DNA of 64,000 nt from Chrysomallon squamiferum. Taxonomy: Eukaryota; Animalia; Mollusca. Numbering within the stretch: position 1 is the first letter of the stretch; the number at the start of each line of letters is the position of its first letter. This document shows, piece by piece, positions 1 to 14,795 of the stretch. The stretch is from the NCBI GenBank assembly GCA_012295275.1, contig CM022672.1, positions 10,540,001 through 10,604,000 of the forward strand, in the 5' to 3' direction. A model generated the notes under the pieces. That model did not search any database and was not told where the DNA came from. It worked only from the letters and a program-made list of their open reading frames with translations. A program made the translations under genes and the position numbers.

Positions 1-277
1 CTACTTTCTAAATATCTGAATTCACAGTGTTAATCTACTTTCTAAATATCTGAATTTGCAATGTTAATCTACTTTCTAAATATCTGAATTCACAATGTTG
101 ATCTACTTTCTAAATATCTGAATTCACAATGTTGATCTACTTTCTAAATATCTGAATTCACAATGTTAATCTACTTTCTAAATATCTGAATTCACAATGT
201 TAATCTACTTTCTAAATATCTGAATTCACAATGTTAATCTACTTTCTAAATATCTGAATTCACAATGTTAATCTACT
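1..277. repeat. 34-bp minisatellite, ~8 copies (CTACTTTCTAAATATCTGAATTCACAATGTTAAT), truncated by the window edge
   Basis: Near-identical direct tandem units starting at 1, 35, 69 ... 239. Confidence 0.95.
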
Positions 278-368
278 GAGTAACTGGTTTAGTTCCAGCC
301 AGCTCATTTGTATGGCCTTTAAGGTGGCCCAATATTTAACCCAGATGATGCCAGCTCAGTACCAAATG

Positions 369-421
369 AGGATATAGCTTTAGATATCAGGATATAGCTT
401 TAGAGATCAGGATATAGCTTC
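369..421. repeat. 20-bp tandem repeat, ~2.5 copies (AGGATATAGCTTTAGATATC)
   Basis: Direct reading. Confidence 0.85.
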
Positions 422-1523
422 AGCGTCTGTTGAAATAATTGCTTTGGGAAACTAGTTTTTATATTCAGTGTATAAAGATGTAACTTGAGAGGATCAGGAT
501 CTGGTCTCAAGGAATGAAGATGTAGGGAATAAGTGTCAAGCTTCAGAGGACTAGGATACATTCAATGACCAACATGCAGCTTCAAGCAAAATGATTGTAG
601 TTCTAAAATAAACCTGTTCAAGGAATAAAAAGTTTTTGGATCAAATGCCATAAGTGTATTAACTGAGCTGTATCCTATTTCAAATGTTATTCAACCAGTT
701 TATCAAAGATAATAGTAACTTTTTTCATGTCTGTGGGAATGTTGCATTTTGAACATTTCTTAATGCAAAAGAATAGTCCTGGCTTGAATTTTTAATTTTT
801 TAATTTTTAAAAAAAAATTGATTTTTTTTAGTCTTTTTTTTTTTTTTTGTTGTCTTTATATCACAAAATCTATTTGACAATTAAAAGCCATTAATGTTAA
901 ATAAACCTGTCATTAAATATTCATTTATTCATTTAAGTCCCGCATCACAATTACATAACCATTCATGTATATTTAATAATTTCTCTTCCCATTGTTTCAT
1001 GGTTGTGAGTTCTGTTATCTGATTATTACTTAATACATTAATCCATCAGTAAAAGGACTTTCATTTCTTGCACCACTGCTTGAACACTGCCAAAATGATT
1101 GCAGCTTCTTTTCTGCTTCGAATGATCTTCAAACGCTCTTCAGAGAAAAGCAATTTTCCAGATCAGAACTGTTGATTGGCAGGAACATGAAGTGGAAAAG
1201 TCTGTGAAAATTTTGTCAGGTTGTCATGTGGTTTAATGAATAGCACATTTCAAGTAATTATTGTTTTCTACATGAATAAGTTTAATAATTTTAAAACATG
1301 TTGCAGTACTTGGTTTTTGTACCTTCATTTTCTATTTCTTTTTTTTTTCCTTTGGTTTTTTTTATAGGTTGAATATTTTAAAATATACTTCAATTGAATA
1401 TCCTCCATTAAAAATGGTTTCTTAATTTTTCTGCTTCATGAAATGTTTTCTGTGTTTCCACCATTGTTGTTAATATTATGTGTATAAGTGTGGATGTATA
1501 GATGTATGTATTTTTTGCATGCA

Positions 1524-1566
<43 letters not shown>

Positions 1567-2039
1567 ATGGGTTTATACTTGTTGCTGCTATGCCCCATTC
1601 ATTACTTTATTTAAAAATGTCCATGATGAATTAACACAGGAAAACACTCTCATTCACTCGCTTCATATTATTATTATTATTACAACTTCTATCAAAGCCT
1701 TAATCCTGACCAGAGGTGAACTTGCCATGATGAGTCATGTGTTAAGATGCAAGCAGGTGGACTCGATGTCATGTTAATTATCACCACACTATTACTGAAG
1801 ATTTACTGTGAATGGAACTTTCAACATTTCAAAGATATCAAAGATCTGAAGACTTCTGTCATCAGAATGAGCAGGTGGAAGTAGCTTATGATTAAATATC
1901 AGACTCAAAAATAAAAGATTTATTCTAACCCAAACTGGTGATGAGCTCTGTGCGTACAGTATAGTGCCTTGAAGTACTGTCATTAAAAAAAAAAGATTTA
2001 TTCTAACCCAAGCTCTGTGTTTACTGTGAAGTATTAAAG

Positions 2040-2210
2040 TATTGCAGGTCATAGAATCATTCCACCCCAAGTGGATATACTGAATCAATTCAGATTCCAA
2101 CCACAACTGGTTTATCAAAGGCTGTGGTATGTGTTATCCTGTCAAAAATGTGTTTTAATTGTAGCAGAATATAAGAGTAGGTTATTGTTAAAAAAAATTA
2201 TTCATTCATT
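2040..2210 (+). mobile_element. Decayed Meta-domain-type SINE (internally deleted)
   Basis: CCACAACTGGTTTATCAAAGGCTGTGGTATGTGTTATCCTGTC matches the conserved central domain of MetaSINE/MESC-like elements as I recall it. Ends with TTAAAAAAAATTATTCATTCATT. Confidence 0.7.
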
Positions 2211-3475
2211 ATCTCTACAGTGATCTATATGAACCAAGTAAAAGATTGCCTGCTGCTCCTGGATAATTTTCCTTAATTGATGTTATTTCTGAACATATTA
2301 ATCAATGTAAAAAAAAAAAAAAAACCTGTCCATTAAACTGAAAAATATTTTTAGATTGAAAAATGAAAACATAATTTACAACTAATTACTTAAAATGTTT
2401 CATGCAATTTAGTGATTTAAATTTATTTTTATATCTTAATAACTTTGGTCGAAATTTTTAATGGTTAAATTTTCAATAATTATTGTATTTCTATGGCTTT
2501 AATTTGTATGGGGATTTTTTTTCATTTAATTTTTTTTTTTTTTTTTTTAACTGTTTAATTTTGTAAATTTTCCCTATTTAAATATTTATCATTTTATTAC
2601 TCCATGCAAAAAAGATTAACCTTCAGCATGACAAATTTGAGTCAAACTTTTGAAAACTTCCTCATAGTTTTCAGCAAAATCAATTTTCCTGATCAGAATT
2701 TCTGATCACCACAATTATTAACCTGGATATTTCAAATTTATCTAATTGACACACAGAAGTTTTTATTCACATGCAGATGGGCAAAAAACCAAAGTAAGAA
2801 AGTTGTCCAGATATATAGTTTATCCCTATATAAATCCCTTTTAAATTTTAAAAACATTCCTATCTTTTTAAGTTCTATTAATATTCTCCCACATATTTAT
2901 GTATCCTGTTTTACATGTCATCTGTGTCAAAATACATCCCAATTCTTGTAAAAGGACAAAACTACAGTTTTCAGAATTCATATAAAAATGATGACACATA
3001 TTTTTCTGCCACTCTCTCTCTTTGTGTTCACAGTACCTAATACATCCCCATTTTTGTAAAAAGGACAAAATTACTGGATTCAAAATCCACCACTCTGCTA
3101 TTTGTGGGTGCACATTGCAGCATGTGGCTGACACTGCTAGCTGAAATGGTAGAGATGTTCTAAGACAGATGCAGTATGAATGAAGTCTACCAGATCATTG
3201 AGCCACAGTCATCTCAAATTCAGATCCTTGCAGTGAGCTCACCATTGTCTGATCATACTTCATTACTCTGTGCATTAACAGAGGCAGGGCTTGGACAGCA
3301 GGTCATATCTCACCTTGGGTCAGTTTATTTTACTCTTTTTTCCCCTCAGAGTTCTTGTCTCATTTCAAGACGAAACCAGATCAGACAGCTTAATGGAAAG
3401 GAAATTTAAAACATTTTGAAAAAAAACGTTTATTATTTTTTTTTAAAGTGCTCTGTGTTAAGTTATTCTTCTTCT

Positions 3476-3509
<34 letters not shown>

Positions 3510-4569
3510 TATCACATTTGGTTGATGTCACTTCAGGAGAATTGATTTTGATTGTTTTTTATTTTATTTGATTATTTTTATATATATATTTTTTTTTGAT
3601 AAAAGGTTACTTCAGAGTGTTAAATATAACCTGTATCAGAAATATTTTTTTAAAAAACCATTTAGAAAAAGCACCTGTTATTTAAAAGAAAGAAGAAGAA
3701 AAAGATTTTTAATACACTTTATGAAAGGCACTTTTTTCATTTTAACACCACCATCTTTGAATTAAGTTATTATGAGTGAATTTACTTATGCTCTTACAGA
3801 TTATAAGGTAAAATTAGATGAAACAATTTTATTAAACAAATATTAATTTTTTAACAGCATTCTATTTTTCAAAATCTTTTTAATGATTTTAATATTTATA
3901 TTTGTAATGCATTTTTTTTTTTTTTTTTTTTTTTTTTTTCAGTTTAACAACACTTTACTTGATTTCAGTTTGTCTTGCTAGGATTCATTTCCTTACAGAT
4001 TTCATTACAAGAAATAAATTTCTAACATTTTCTTCTTTCTTTTTTTTTTTTTTATAAAATGTTATTTTAATAATGAATCTTTCAAGCACTATTACAAGGA
4101 TGTTGTTTTTCATTTTGTCATTTGACAATATGAAAGGTAAAAATACGGAAGATATTTACAGCTGAAATAGCAAAGTTTTACAAACACAGCATGTATTTAA
4201 TTAGTAAGATTAAGTATTACACACCATGTAGAAAACATCATTAAAAGTGAAAATAATGAGCCTGTATTCATTTCATACCTGTGGTAATTTTACAGTAAGC
4301 AGAAAATATAGATAATTAGCCATGCATGATATTTCATATTCTCATTAAAAAAAAAAAAAAAAAAAAAACAGTCACAAAATAATGAGATAATATATGGATA
4401 GGAAGGTATTATAATTATATTGAAATCACAGCTTTTTCAAAACTTCTCCAGTAATGAATGCAGTAATCTACATTATAATTACATTGAAATCAAGTCGTGT
4501 TCACCATTATCTCAAACCTTTGTGAAAATTCGTCTGTTATATATTTAATTACCTACATTATTATTATTA

Positions 4570-5540
4570 TAATGAAATTACATGCGGATATCTGATAATT
4601 TTACACTTTTGTATAACACATGCTGTGGGTGTGTTATATACTTGAATACAAACTTGCAGATTCTCATTATAAGAAGCCCTATCAAAATATAGGAATAAAA
4701 CACCAAACAATAGTGATTAAAAAAAAATCTGGGATGGCCTTGATGGGAAATAAATCTTACAGATTATCATAATAATAATAATAATAATAATAATAATATA
4801 CAGTTCTAACAAAATTTAGGAAAAAAGCAAACATAACAATACTGCGTAAAAAAATATCTGTGATGATCTACATGTCAAACAAAACACAGATTTTCATTAT
4901 TTAATAATAATATGCAGTTCAAAGAAAATTAATGATAAAAACCACCAAACACTACTGATCTCAATTAAAAACCTATGATGTCTAGATGGCAAATGTAATA
5001 TATACAAAATGTTTGTTTTCATCACAAGCAATTCTTTCAAAATTGTGGATTATGTTGATTTAAAAAAAAAAAAAAATGATTGTTTTGGTTGCAAATATAA
5101 TGTACAGATTTTCATGACAAACAATTTTTCAAAATTAAGGATAAAATACACCCAGCAATACTTATTTTAGTAAAAGAAAAATCTACAATGATATAGATGG
5201 CAAACATTATACATATAATATATTTTCATCGCAAGCTATTCTTTTGAAATTAAGCATAAAATCAACCCAACAAAAAAAAAATTATTTTTATTTTGATGGC
5301 AAATATAGCATACAGATTTTCATTATATAATAATATACAGTTTTTAACAAAATTAAGGTAAAAAACCCATCCAACAATGCTGATTATAAAAAACAAATCT
5401 ACCATGATCTTGCCAGCAAAACATCAGATACATATTTTCATCACAAAAAAAACAATGGATTTCAAAACTGAAGGGCAAAAACCGCACAATGTTGATTAAA
5501 TCAAATCAATATTGGCCTTGACGAGTAAATATTTTGCAAC
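4570..5540. repeat. Old degenerate tandem array, ~100-125 bp period
   Basis: Recurring CAGATTTTCAT...AAAATTAAGG...CAACAATACTGATT...AAATCT...GATGGCAAA blocks at ~4657, 4760, 4887, 5105, 5313. Confidence 0.75.
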
Positions 5541-5633
5541 ACCAGATCAATGGCTGTTATAGCTGAAGCTTTGAAGTTCACCTGCTGGCTTTGGACAGAG
5601 AGAGAGGAGCAAAGTAAAACAAACAACACTTAC

Positions 5634-5720
5634 CATTTGATATCCTGATTTAGGTGGAACTCTTCAGCTTCCAGTATCACGTGACTCTCAGTGGTTCCAT
5701 TCACACAGGACTTTCCAGAG
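5634..5720 (-). CDS. KCNT: Slo2/KCNT K+ channel exon encoding the S1-S2 extracellular loop ([30 protein letters not shown])
   Basis: Strong polypyrimidine acceptor (tttttccattcccccccccag) and donor TG|gtaagt. 87 nt, phase 2 to 2, open in the required frame. [11 protein letters not shown] resembles fly EEFQENPIINW and human EINW. Contains an NGT sequon. Confidence 0.9.
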
Positions 5721-8085
5721 CTGGGGGGGGGGAATGGAAAAAAAAAAGAAGACATTATTATTTGGTTTGTTTAGAAAAAAATAATTAATCATAAATAAAT
5801 AATGTTTAATAAAATTTTATATGTCTGGCTGTGGTGTTTAATTTGATAATACTTTTTGTAGATAAATATAAATTAATAAACAATGTTCATGTTTTGTTTT
5901 TTTTGATTTTGTTCAACTGTTGTATATAAATATTAATAAATAATTTCTAAGAAATTTTTTGTATAAGTGTCTGGGATTTTGTTATTATTTATTGCATTTT
6001 ATAATAGGAAAAATGATAATAAAAAATAATATTAGTGTCCATTTTGATTATGTTGTTCAGTTGTTATGAAATAATAAATAAATAAATAAATTCATTTTTA
6101 TTTATTTGAATTATTATTTAAAATAATTATGCATTTCATTTAAATATATTTAAAAAAAGGAAATTTGTCAAGAGTGTCTGATTTTTTAATTATTATATAA
6201 TTCAGTTATTATGGAAAAATAAATAAATAAATGTTTAAAAAAATATAATATATCACTATTATCATTATTATTTTGGTTTACTAAAGTGGATAAATATTTA
6301 TAAATAAATAATATTAAACAAAATTCAAATCATAGTTGTGTTTATGTCTTTTTTTTTTAATTTAAATTTGTTTTTTAAAGACAAAATATTAAAAAAGAAT
6401 TAAATTTTTTTAAAGATGTCATGGAAAAATGGTAATAATTTAAAAACCTGTTTAATAAAATTTCTATAAATACTTCTGCTATCACTAGTCACAATAATGA
6501 ATGAAAGGACCTGAAGCTTGGAAACATATACAGCCAATCTAACAACTATTAGTATTAAATTTTGTTTTTAAATTAGTAATTATTAAATACTAAAGTAGCA
6601 GTCAAAAGGAATGCTACTTAATTAAATGCAAAAGAAAAAAAAATTAATTTGAAAATTTTAAGAAAGAAATATTTTAAATAAATAAGAAAAGAAGACATCA
6701 AGAAAAATATTTACAAAGCTTTTTGTTATTCTTTAATCCCTGAACATTTTCATGCTAACAAACTTGTAATTTTCTAATAACTGTTTAAAAGGTTGTTTTA
6801 CAACAGCATCTTCCCAAAAATATAAATTGTTCAGAAGAACTGGTTGAAACGGCAAATGGACAAATTAACCACCGAAATACATGTATACCTCTAACATACA
6901 CAAACATTTAGACTGAATAAATTGATGAATCTCTCTTTCTATTCATGAGAGATGTCATACTTATTTAAATGAATGCTTATGATTATATAACTGTCCATGA
7001 ACTGTGTAGTTACCCCAGTAAATTATTCATCTCTGAACTGTTGTTTGCATCCATCAAACTGAGTACATGATACAGTTTCCATGTTACAGTTATTCATACA
7101 GAGAACAAAGCAAGTAACCCGTGTCACTGGACAAACAAACAGTGGAATGTGACAAATAATTTTATTTATTTATTCATCTTCCACAGTTGTATGTTAATAA
7201 AGAAAACAGTGTCTTATTTAACCACACTTTTTTAATGTCTGATGATACAGAATGATAAAAACAACAGAAAGGAAACAGATTACTCTTTTACTGATTAGCA
7301 GAAAGAAACTGTCTAATTGCGCCTTCCCACAGATATTTTAAGCATATTCTGAAGCATGTAATAAAAAGAGTTCTGGCTGGATTGGGAAATAATTACACTG
7401 GTATACTGACGTGGATTGATCCAGTGACCCTCTCACTTTACACACTACTCTAACCACTGAGTGGCAGCCCTCTCCATAGTGTAGTTTTATAACATCAGTC
7501 TCAATGGTATGTAATGTGCTTAACACTACATTACTTTCTTCATAAGATCTTTGTCATCATTTAATTAATGTGACTTAACAAATGCTTTCATGATGGTGAG
7601 GATAATGGTATTATTGTTGTTTATAGTGATGTTGTTGTGTTGATTATGTTATGCTAATAGTGGTAATTGTATTATGCTGTTAATGGTGATGATGCTGTTT
7701 ATATTGTTGTGGGTAATGATGTTGTTGTTGGTAATGTTGTTCTTGTGGTGATGATGCTCCTGTTTGATTTAATTTAATTATTTAAAAGAAAATTTATTTT
7801 CAAAGATTCTGTTTATATTCGTGTTGGTTTTTATTTTTAATAGTTTACTTCTGCCATATTTATCTTTTATTATTATTATTACTGTTATTATTACTACCGC
7901 TACTAGTACTGCTACTACTGCTACTACTGTTACTAATACTACTACTATCATTATTATTATTATTATATAAAGAATTTACTATTAATTTTCATAATTGTCA
8001 GTATTTGTATACATACAGGAAATGACATTTATATATATATATATATGTATGTATGTATGTATGTAAATATGTAGGTAGGTATGTA

Positions 8086-8118
<33 letters not shown>

Positions 8119-9419
8119 ATGCCAATATCATTGACCCTTTCTACTCAGTACAGCCACTTCACAGATTTAAATGAAATATAAAATATGGTGTGAGACCAAA
8201 GAAGAAGAAGAAGAAGAAGATTTTGGAGACAGACTGGCCTGTAATGCAGGACCTTACAAAGCAATCGTAAAAAGATGAAAAATAAGATGTCAACGGAGGA
8301 ATTTCCAATCACAGAGAGTCTTGAGGAGAGACACAAAATGAGCTTTGTGATAAATCAGATTCATTAACCTCTGCTGATATATTTCCACACTGGATGCTCC
8401 AATCTGGCTTCTGCTGACTTACACTTAAACTAAATCAGGCAAATTTGCATTTAATTAGGTGAAGTTTTGGCAAGTACAAAGATGTTTTCTTCACTAATAT
8501 CAGCAATCAGCCCGGCTAATGAGGTTGTAATGTCATGTCAAAGCAGTTTTCTTGTTAAGAAGATCACTTGCTAACCGAAAAGTAGATCAGAGGGAAGAAA
8601 AACAAAGATTTTGTCAGTCGTAGCTGTGTGACGGTTTGGTTTTACGTTAATAGCTATTAAACAAAGAAAGAACCGGTATTGACTCAAAGGAATATGTTAT
8701 TATTGTTATTATTATTATCATTATTATCATTATTATTAATATTATTATTATTATTATTATTATCTATTAATAATAAATTCAGTTTCTATACTAGCCTTTT
8801 GGATTAGTATAATTCTTAAACATATATCAGGCCAGTCAGATTTGAAGAAGCCAGTGTAATTGTAAGAGGCAGCCACCAACTGCATTAAAATCATGTTACA
8901 GAGACAGGCCTATATGATAATCTGCTTTGCTGTGTGATCAATTTTCTGAAATCAGTTGTGTTATTGTGTTATAGAAATTCTACTAGTTTTAATGCTGTTT
9001 TTTCATAATGCAAACTTCCCATAGTGAAAAATGTAAACAGATTTTGATGCATTTTGTCATAAGACACTGACTAGAATGGGAAATTATTTTAAAACCCCAC
9101 TAATGACTGTTATTTGCATAGATAATAGAATTATTTAAATTCAGCCTTTTCATCATGAATATTGATGTGTGTGCCTGACTTCAGCCTTCAGTGTTTATAG
9201 TTTTTCATGTACAGGTCAGCAGGCATTAACTGAAACAGGAAAGTATCCACTTAGTGCTGTGAGAAGTATTGATCCTGCATTTCAGTGCAGTTCAGGTGTG
9301 GAGATAGTTAACTATTGACTTTTCTCTAATTAAACTCTTTCACACTGAAACCAAGGAATCTAGAGTTAACTGTTAAAACCTCTATTAGTCTAAAGGTTTT
9401 ATACTGATTTTGTTTTGAA

Positions 9420-9680
9420 GAAGAAAGGAAATATGTTATGTAACAACACACTTAACACAGTTCATATAAGCCTGTGTGTTGTCAGACAATATGGATAAGG
9501 ACCAGTCAGATGACAAGGGGAAACCCAGTGCAACAAGTTCATAGGCTACTCTTTCTACTTAGCTGTAAGGGATATTTTATATGTACCATCCCATAACCTG
9601 GACAGTACTCAGACTTTGTTGGTGTGGAGCATTGGCTGGAATGGGAAATTGCTCAATGATTCCATCAAGAGTCTGGTGTT
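9420..9680 (-). mobile_element. Decayed Meta-domain-type SINE, the most complete copy in the window
   Basis: Plus strand reads AAGGAAATATGTT...ATATGGATAAGGACC...GGAAACCC...CATAGGCTACTCTTTC...AAGGGATATTTTATATGTACCATCCCA...GTGGAGCATTGGCTGGAATGGGAAAT. This is the reverse complement of the family seen at 25130. Confidence 0.75.
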
Positions 9681-10989
9681 TCTCTGCAAACATTCAACAA
9701 CTGAACAACTGATTTTTATTATTATTATGTTTTAGTTGTTGCTGCTGCTGTTGCTGTTGCTGTTATTATTAGACTTTGTAACTGTCTATTTTATGTCAAT
9801 ACCTTCATATTTTACTGAATTTATTCACACACACTTATAAATTCATTCAGTGCCTTACTTAATTTCTTCAAGATTCAAAATTTGTGTGTCACCTCAAAAA
9901 ACAAAAAGCTAATCTTCAAGATTTAATATTCTTACTTATTAACACACTTTATGAGAAGTCAAGCACCATAGAGAAGCCCAAATAGGTGACAGACTTATTG
10001 GGTTTGTGGTGGCTTATTAGACTTCAACCAGGTCAATCAGCTTGAACAATCTTTTAGCAACTTCAGATTAATTCCAATAATACGATCTCTCTGAATATAA
10101 GATTTCTTATTTTTCAGAAATACAGTTTCTGTGAATTTAAGATTTCTTTTTTCAGAACAGCAGGAAAATATTTCATGAACACAAAATTAAATTTGCTATG
10201 AAAGATTATTTAACAAGGAGAGTAATTTTAATGTGTAAGAATTAAAATAGTGAGAACTTTTTTCTTCTTTTTATTATTGTAATTAAATAATTTTGAAAAT
10301 TTCTAAAATTAGTTCACTTGTAGTGGAAAATAATAATAATAAGTAAATATTTTTAATAGAATTTCATACAATCACCTCAGATTTCATTATATATTGTAAA
10401 TTACAAACAATTAAAGAAACTATGTGACATGTAAAATTACTATATTAAATCAGTAACCAATAGCAAAAAGACATTTATGATATTTAAATTGGTTAGATCT
10501 TGCACAACTTAGAATATATTATTATCTTGACAACTTAATTTTAGTCAACCTACTTCACAATTACTGCTCAGAACACTAACACATACACACATTGATTACA
10601 CATAAGAAATACAGGTACACGATTGATTTTCCAAACCCTAGTTGTCTGCGATCTCTTTTTTTAAATTAGCATTGTGCCTTTGGAATCATTTAATACACAT
10701 ATATTTTATTTTTTTATTTTTTTTATTAACTAATAATCTCATTTTATTGATTAAGTCTGTACTAGTAACTTTGTACCATTTTTACTAACATATTTTATTT
10801 AATCATTTATTTTGAATACTTGTTTAAGTTTCATGGTTCTTTAGAAACATTAGAGATATAGATTTAGTTTTGAGTATTATTATTTTTTTTATTTTTTCAC
10901 TTCTTTAGGTCTGGACAAATGTATGACTGAAAAAGGCTACGGAACCAGGGATTGAGGAAACTCAGTGTTGTACCTGTATGGATACATAC

Positions 10990-11083
10990 CTGCATAAATA
11001 TGAGTTATCCATGGATACTCTCACCACGTACAAAATACACGTCAGTAGTTTTATTACCAGGTTGAATATTCGAATCCGAAGAC
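10990..11083 (-). CDS. KCNT: Slo2/KCNT K+ channel exon encoding S1 ([31 protein letters not shown])
   Basis: Acceptor ttgattttcag|GT and donor AG|gtatgt. 94 nt, phase 1 to 2. Matches KCNT1 [23 protein letters not shown]. Confidence 0.96.
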
Positions 11084-11445
11084 CTGAAAATCAAAAGAAA
11101 AATTAAAAATATTATTAAATTTGTTTATGAAAATAATAAATTATTTTTTGTGATTAGTTTGCAAGTGTATTTTGGAAAATAAAGAAACCAGTATCAATAA
11201 GTAATAGATAAAGAAACAATGAAATGTTAAATAAATAATAAAAAAATAAATAAATGCATAAACCAATAAACAAACAAAATAATTAAATAAAGCAAAATAT
11301 ATTCATAAAATGAAAATGAAATATGTAATAGACAAATACTGAATGCAGTCATAAAAAAAATAAACATAAAATAAAATGAATTAATTATGAACAAATAATA
11401 TAAATAAACAAGTAATTAAAATAATAAATAATAATAATAATAAGA

Positions 11446-11479
<34 letters not shown>

Positions 11480-11949
11480 CAATGGATGGATGGATGGATG
11501 GATGGATGGACAGATGGACAAATAAATAAATAACAAAAGAAAGAATTAAAGAACAATGTAATACCTCCAATAATAAAAGTAATAATAAAGAACAAACAAA
11601 TGAAGTGAAAAATAAATATCTTCACACACTTTATAACACCAGATAACACCAGAGTGTGATAAAAATAAAATAATATTTGTAATCAGTACTTTTTTCAGTG
11701 TAAACTAAGACATCAAGGTTGTTTTTCTTGAATCAGTAACACAGTAACAAAAACTTCTGAAACATGATGTGTTATAAAAAGTAATAAAAATATTTGTATA
11801 TATATTTAATATGAAAAATAAATGTTCAGTATTTGTAAGTATGTATGCTGTCATTCTAAAAAAAAGTAAGGAATGTAAGTAAAATCTGTAGTATTTCTTT
11901 AACATGATCATGCACACACAAACACAGAATAATACTTTCATACATAATT

Positions 11950-11965
11950 ATTGTATGTATGCATT

Positions 11966-12036
<71 letters not shown>

Positions 12037-12260
12037 GTATATATATATATGTGTGTGTATGTGTGTTTAAATGTAATCATATGTTTTAATGTCTATATGT
12101 ATTTGTATATGTCTAAATGTATTTGTATGTGTCTATATGTATTTCTATATGTCTCTATGTCTATATGTATTTGTGAGTGTATGTATGTTATGTATTTGTA
12201 TGTTTCTGTATATATTTGTATGTGTCTACATCTATTTGTATGTGTCTATATGTATTATAC
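11950..12260. repeat. (AT)n microsatellite with degenerate (TATG/TG)n extension
   Basis: Direct reading. Confidence 0.9.
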
Positions 12261-12479
12261 AAATATACCTCTGCACACAAACAGACACAGGAAGAACAGA
12301 ATTACAGTGTAATTACTGTATACAATACTGCATGGACCATTATATAGAACAGAGTTGTTTATGAACTGTTGTTCAGTATAACTGATTTATATCAATAAAT
12401 ACCATGTAACTGCTGTATGTATATCACTTTCTGAAAATAAATATCATTATTGTAACTCTTGTTATTGCTGTTAATAGTA

Positions 12480-12540
12480 TTATTTATTTATGCTTTTATT
12501 ATTATTATTTATTATTATTATCATCATTATTATTTTATCA

Positions 12541-12615
<75 letters not shown>
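12480..12615. repeat. (TAT)n microsatellite
   Basis: Direct reading. Confidence 0.9.
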
Positions 12616-13519
12616 TCCAACAGTAAAAGAAACCTGATATAATTTTTTTCAAAAATAAAATAAAATAAATGATAATAAAGTATGAAAAAACTACACATAA
12701 AAAACACTAACAAAACAAAAATAAAAAATAAAAAATATACCAAAAAAAAAAAAAAAATGAGATTTAAGGGGTAATAATTAGAAAACCAGTTTATTTGATT
12801 TAGCTCAGTTGATGGCATTTAACACAATATCTTTTTTAAATACTGTGTTTTTGTTATGTAAATTGTGAATATATCAATAAATAATGAATTTTCATTTTTT
12901 TAAAAAAAGTTCACCGCAATTTCAGTTTTCATTTAAAACTTTTATCATCCTTTGTCCTTTCTACCCAGTAAAATTGACTAAACACACAAAATCCAAACAT
13001 TCAATACATTATTTATGTTTTATCTTTATAACAATAAACTCCTGTTTCAGTAACAACAGTTGCCTATGAATATAAAAGTAAACTAGAAGAACCTATATTG
13101 ATCAATACTGCACCTGAATCACTCAGTGTATTTCTCCTAATAAAGTAATTTTCATGGCTTGAAACTTATGGAATGTGACCTTTACAAGCTATTTACTTCA
13201 ATTAGAGGTTGCATCATTAATATTTAACTTCAGATTATAAGTTTTGAGAAATAAACAAATAAAAATGTCAGTTAGTATACGGATTTGGAGATTTGTGTAG
13301 AATTATTAGTGGCACAGACAAATAATCAAAAAAGATAAAATAAATCTAGTTTAAAAAAAAAAAAAAAAAAAAATGAATAGTTAAAACAAACTAATGTAGT
13401 GATAGAATTATATAAAATGGAAATTAGCTTTTCTCATCTCTCTCTCTCTTATCTCTCTCGCTTTTAAAAAACCCAAACAGAACAAACAGAAAACAACAGA
13501 AAAAAGTTGCAAATTTGTA

Positions 13520-13940
13520 AAAATCTATAGATTTATACAGAATGGAAAATAATGTTAGCTAAAATCGTGTAGACAGGTCAAAAACCCAGACAGAAAAACT
13601 AAAATTGATACAATTAACAAATAATTTTTTATTTTAAATTATTGTTACAGATTTAAAGTTATAAAAATTAAATAAATTATTATTTATAAAATTAAAAAAG
13701 AAATGTACAAAAGACAAACTTAATATGATTAGAATAAAAAATAATGTTAGGTAAAATAGATAAAATCATATACACAGATAAAAAAATCTATAGATTTAAA
13801 GCAGAAAAACTAAAAGTTAATAAAAAATGATGCATAAATTAAAAAAGAAATGTACTGAAGACAAAACTTAGTGCATTGAGTTAGACTGGAAAAATATCGC
13901 TACATAAACTAGACAGAATCATGCATGCAGGTTAAAAATG
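13520..13940. repeat. Degenerate ~150-bp tandem duplication
   Basis: AAATTAAAAAAGAAATGTAC..AAGACAAA at ~13689 and ~13836. AATAATGTTAG.TAAAAT and CAGAAAAACTAAAA are each present twice. Confidence 0.65.
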
Positions 13941-14348
13941 CACAATTAAATTTATTATTTTCTTTAAATGTCCAGAAAACAAATTCAGTGCATAAGAAAA
14001 CATATTAATAAAGGACACCCAAAGAGTGACAGAAGATGTGAGATCCTGTCAGATGCAATGTGCAGGTGTCACAAATTGTATTAACTCGGTAACTGACTTG
14101 TACAATATGCTAATACTCTGAAGCCTGGGGCAGAAATGAAAATCATTATGGAAACCTTTTCTTTTGATTAGTGCTTTGTGAAGAAAAAAAAAAAAAAAAA
14201 GAAGACCAGACATAAAAAAAAAACCTAATTCCTGGCATGATGCCATTCTGATGATAAAATGATTTGCTGTCAGTGCATCTGTTCAGGCTAACACAATAGT
14301 TACGTTTCTAAAGGTCAGTGGAAATGTTTTTGGCGATCAGCTAACTTA

Positions 14349-14502
<154 letters not shown>

Positions 14503-14659
14503 TATTTTAACTTTCTTAACAAGACATCCTGTGAAGTATTATGAAAGTCGTAATACTGGTTTAGTACAAATGGTTTTTTTTGATGTTTCATGGCAGGTGT
14601 ATGTCTGTGTGTCTGTGTTATCTGTGGGGTATATTATCTGCATGTGGTGAGAGTTTTTG

Positions 14660-14795
14660 TTGAAATGAAAAGAATAACTATTTTAACACATTTCAGTACC
14701 AGTTATGTGTTTCACATGTAAATGTAAACAAATAGCTACAAGAAGGCTTTAATAAGCACCATCCCATAAACAGCATTGTTGAATACACTTTGAAA
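14660..14795 (-). mobile_element. Highly decayed SINE remnant (same family)
   Basis: TTAACACATTT...AGCTACAAGAAGGCTTTAATAAGCACCATCCCATAAACAG resembles the 9420 copy. Confidence 0.45.

Noticed and set aside
1040-1202. Possible next Slo2 exon after a ttttcacag acceptor
   Set aside because: Stops in all three frames and no LWV.R-like motif.
3244-3268. 25-nt AG...GT segment on the minus strand (cacag|AGTAATG...CAATG|gtgagc)
   Set aside because: It creates TGA if joined after exon 4, is phase-incompatible otherwise, and has no KCNT similarity.
10968-10989. Alternative donor 16 nt downstream of exon 3 (CAG|gtacaa)
   Set aside because: Weaker consensus, and it would shift the frame relative to exon 4.
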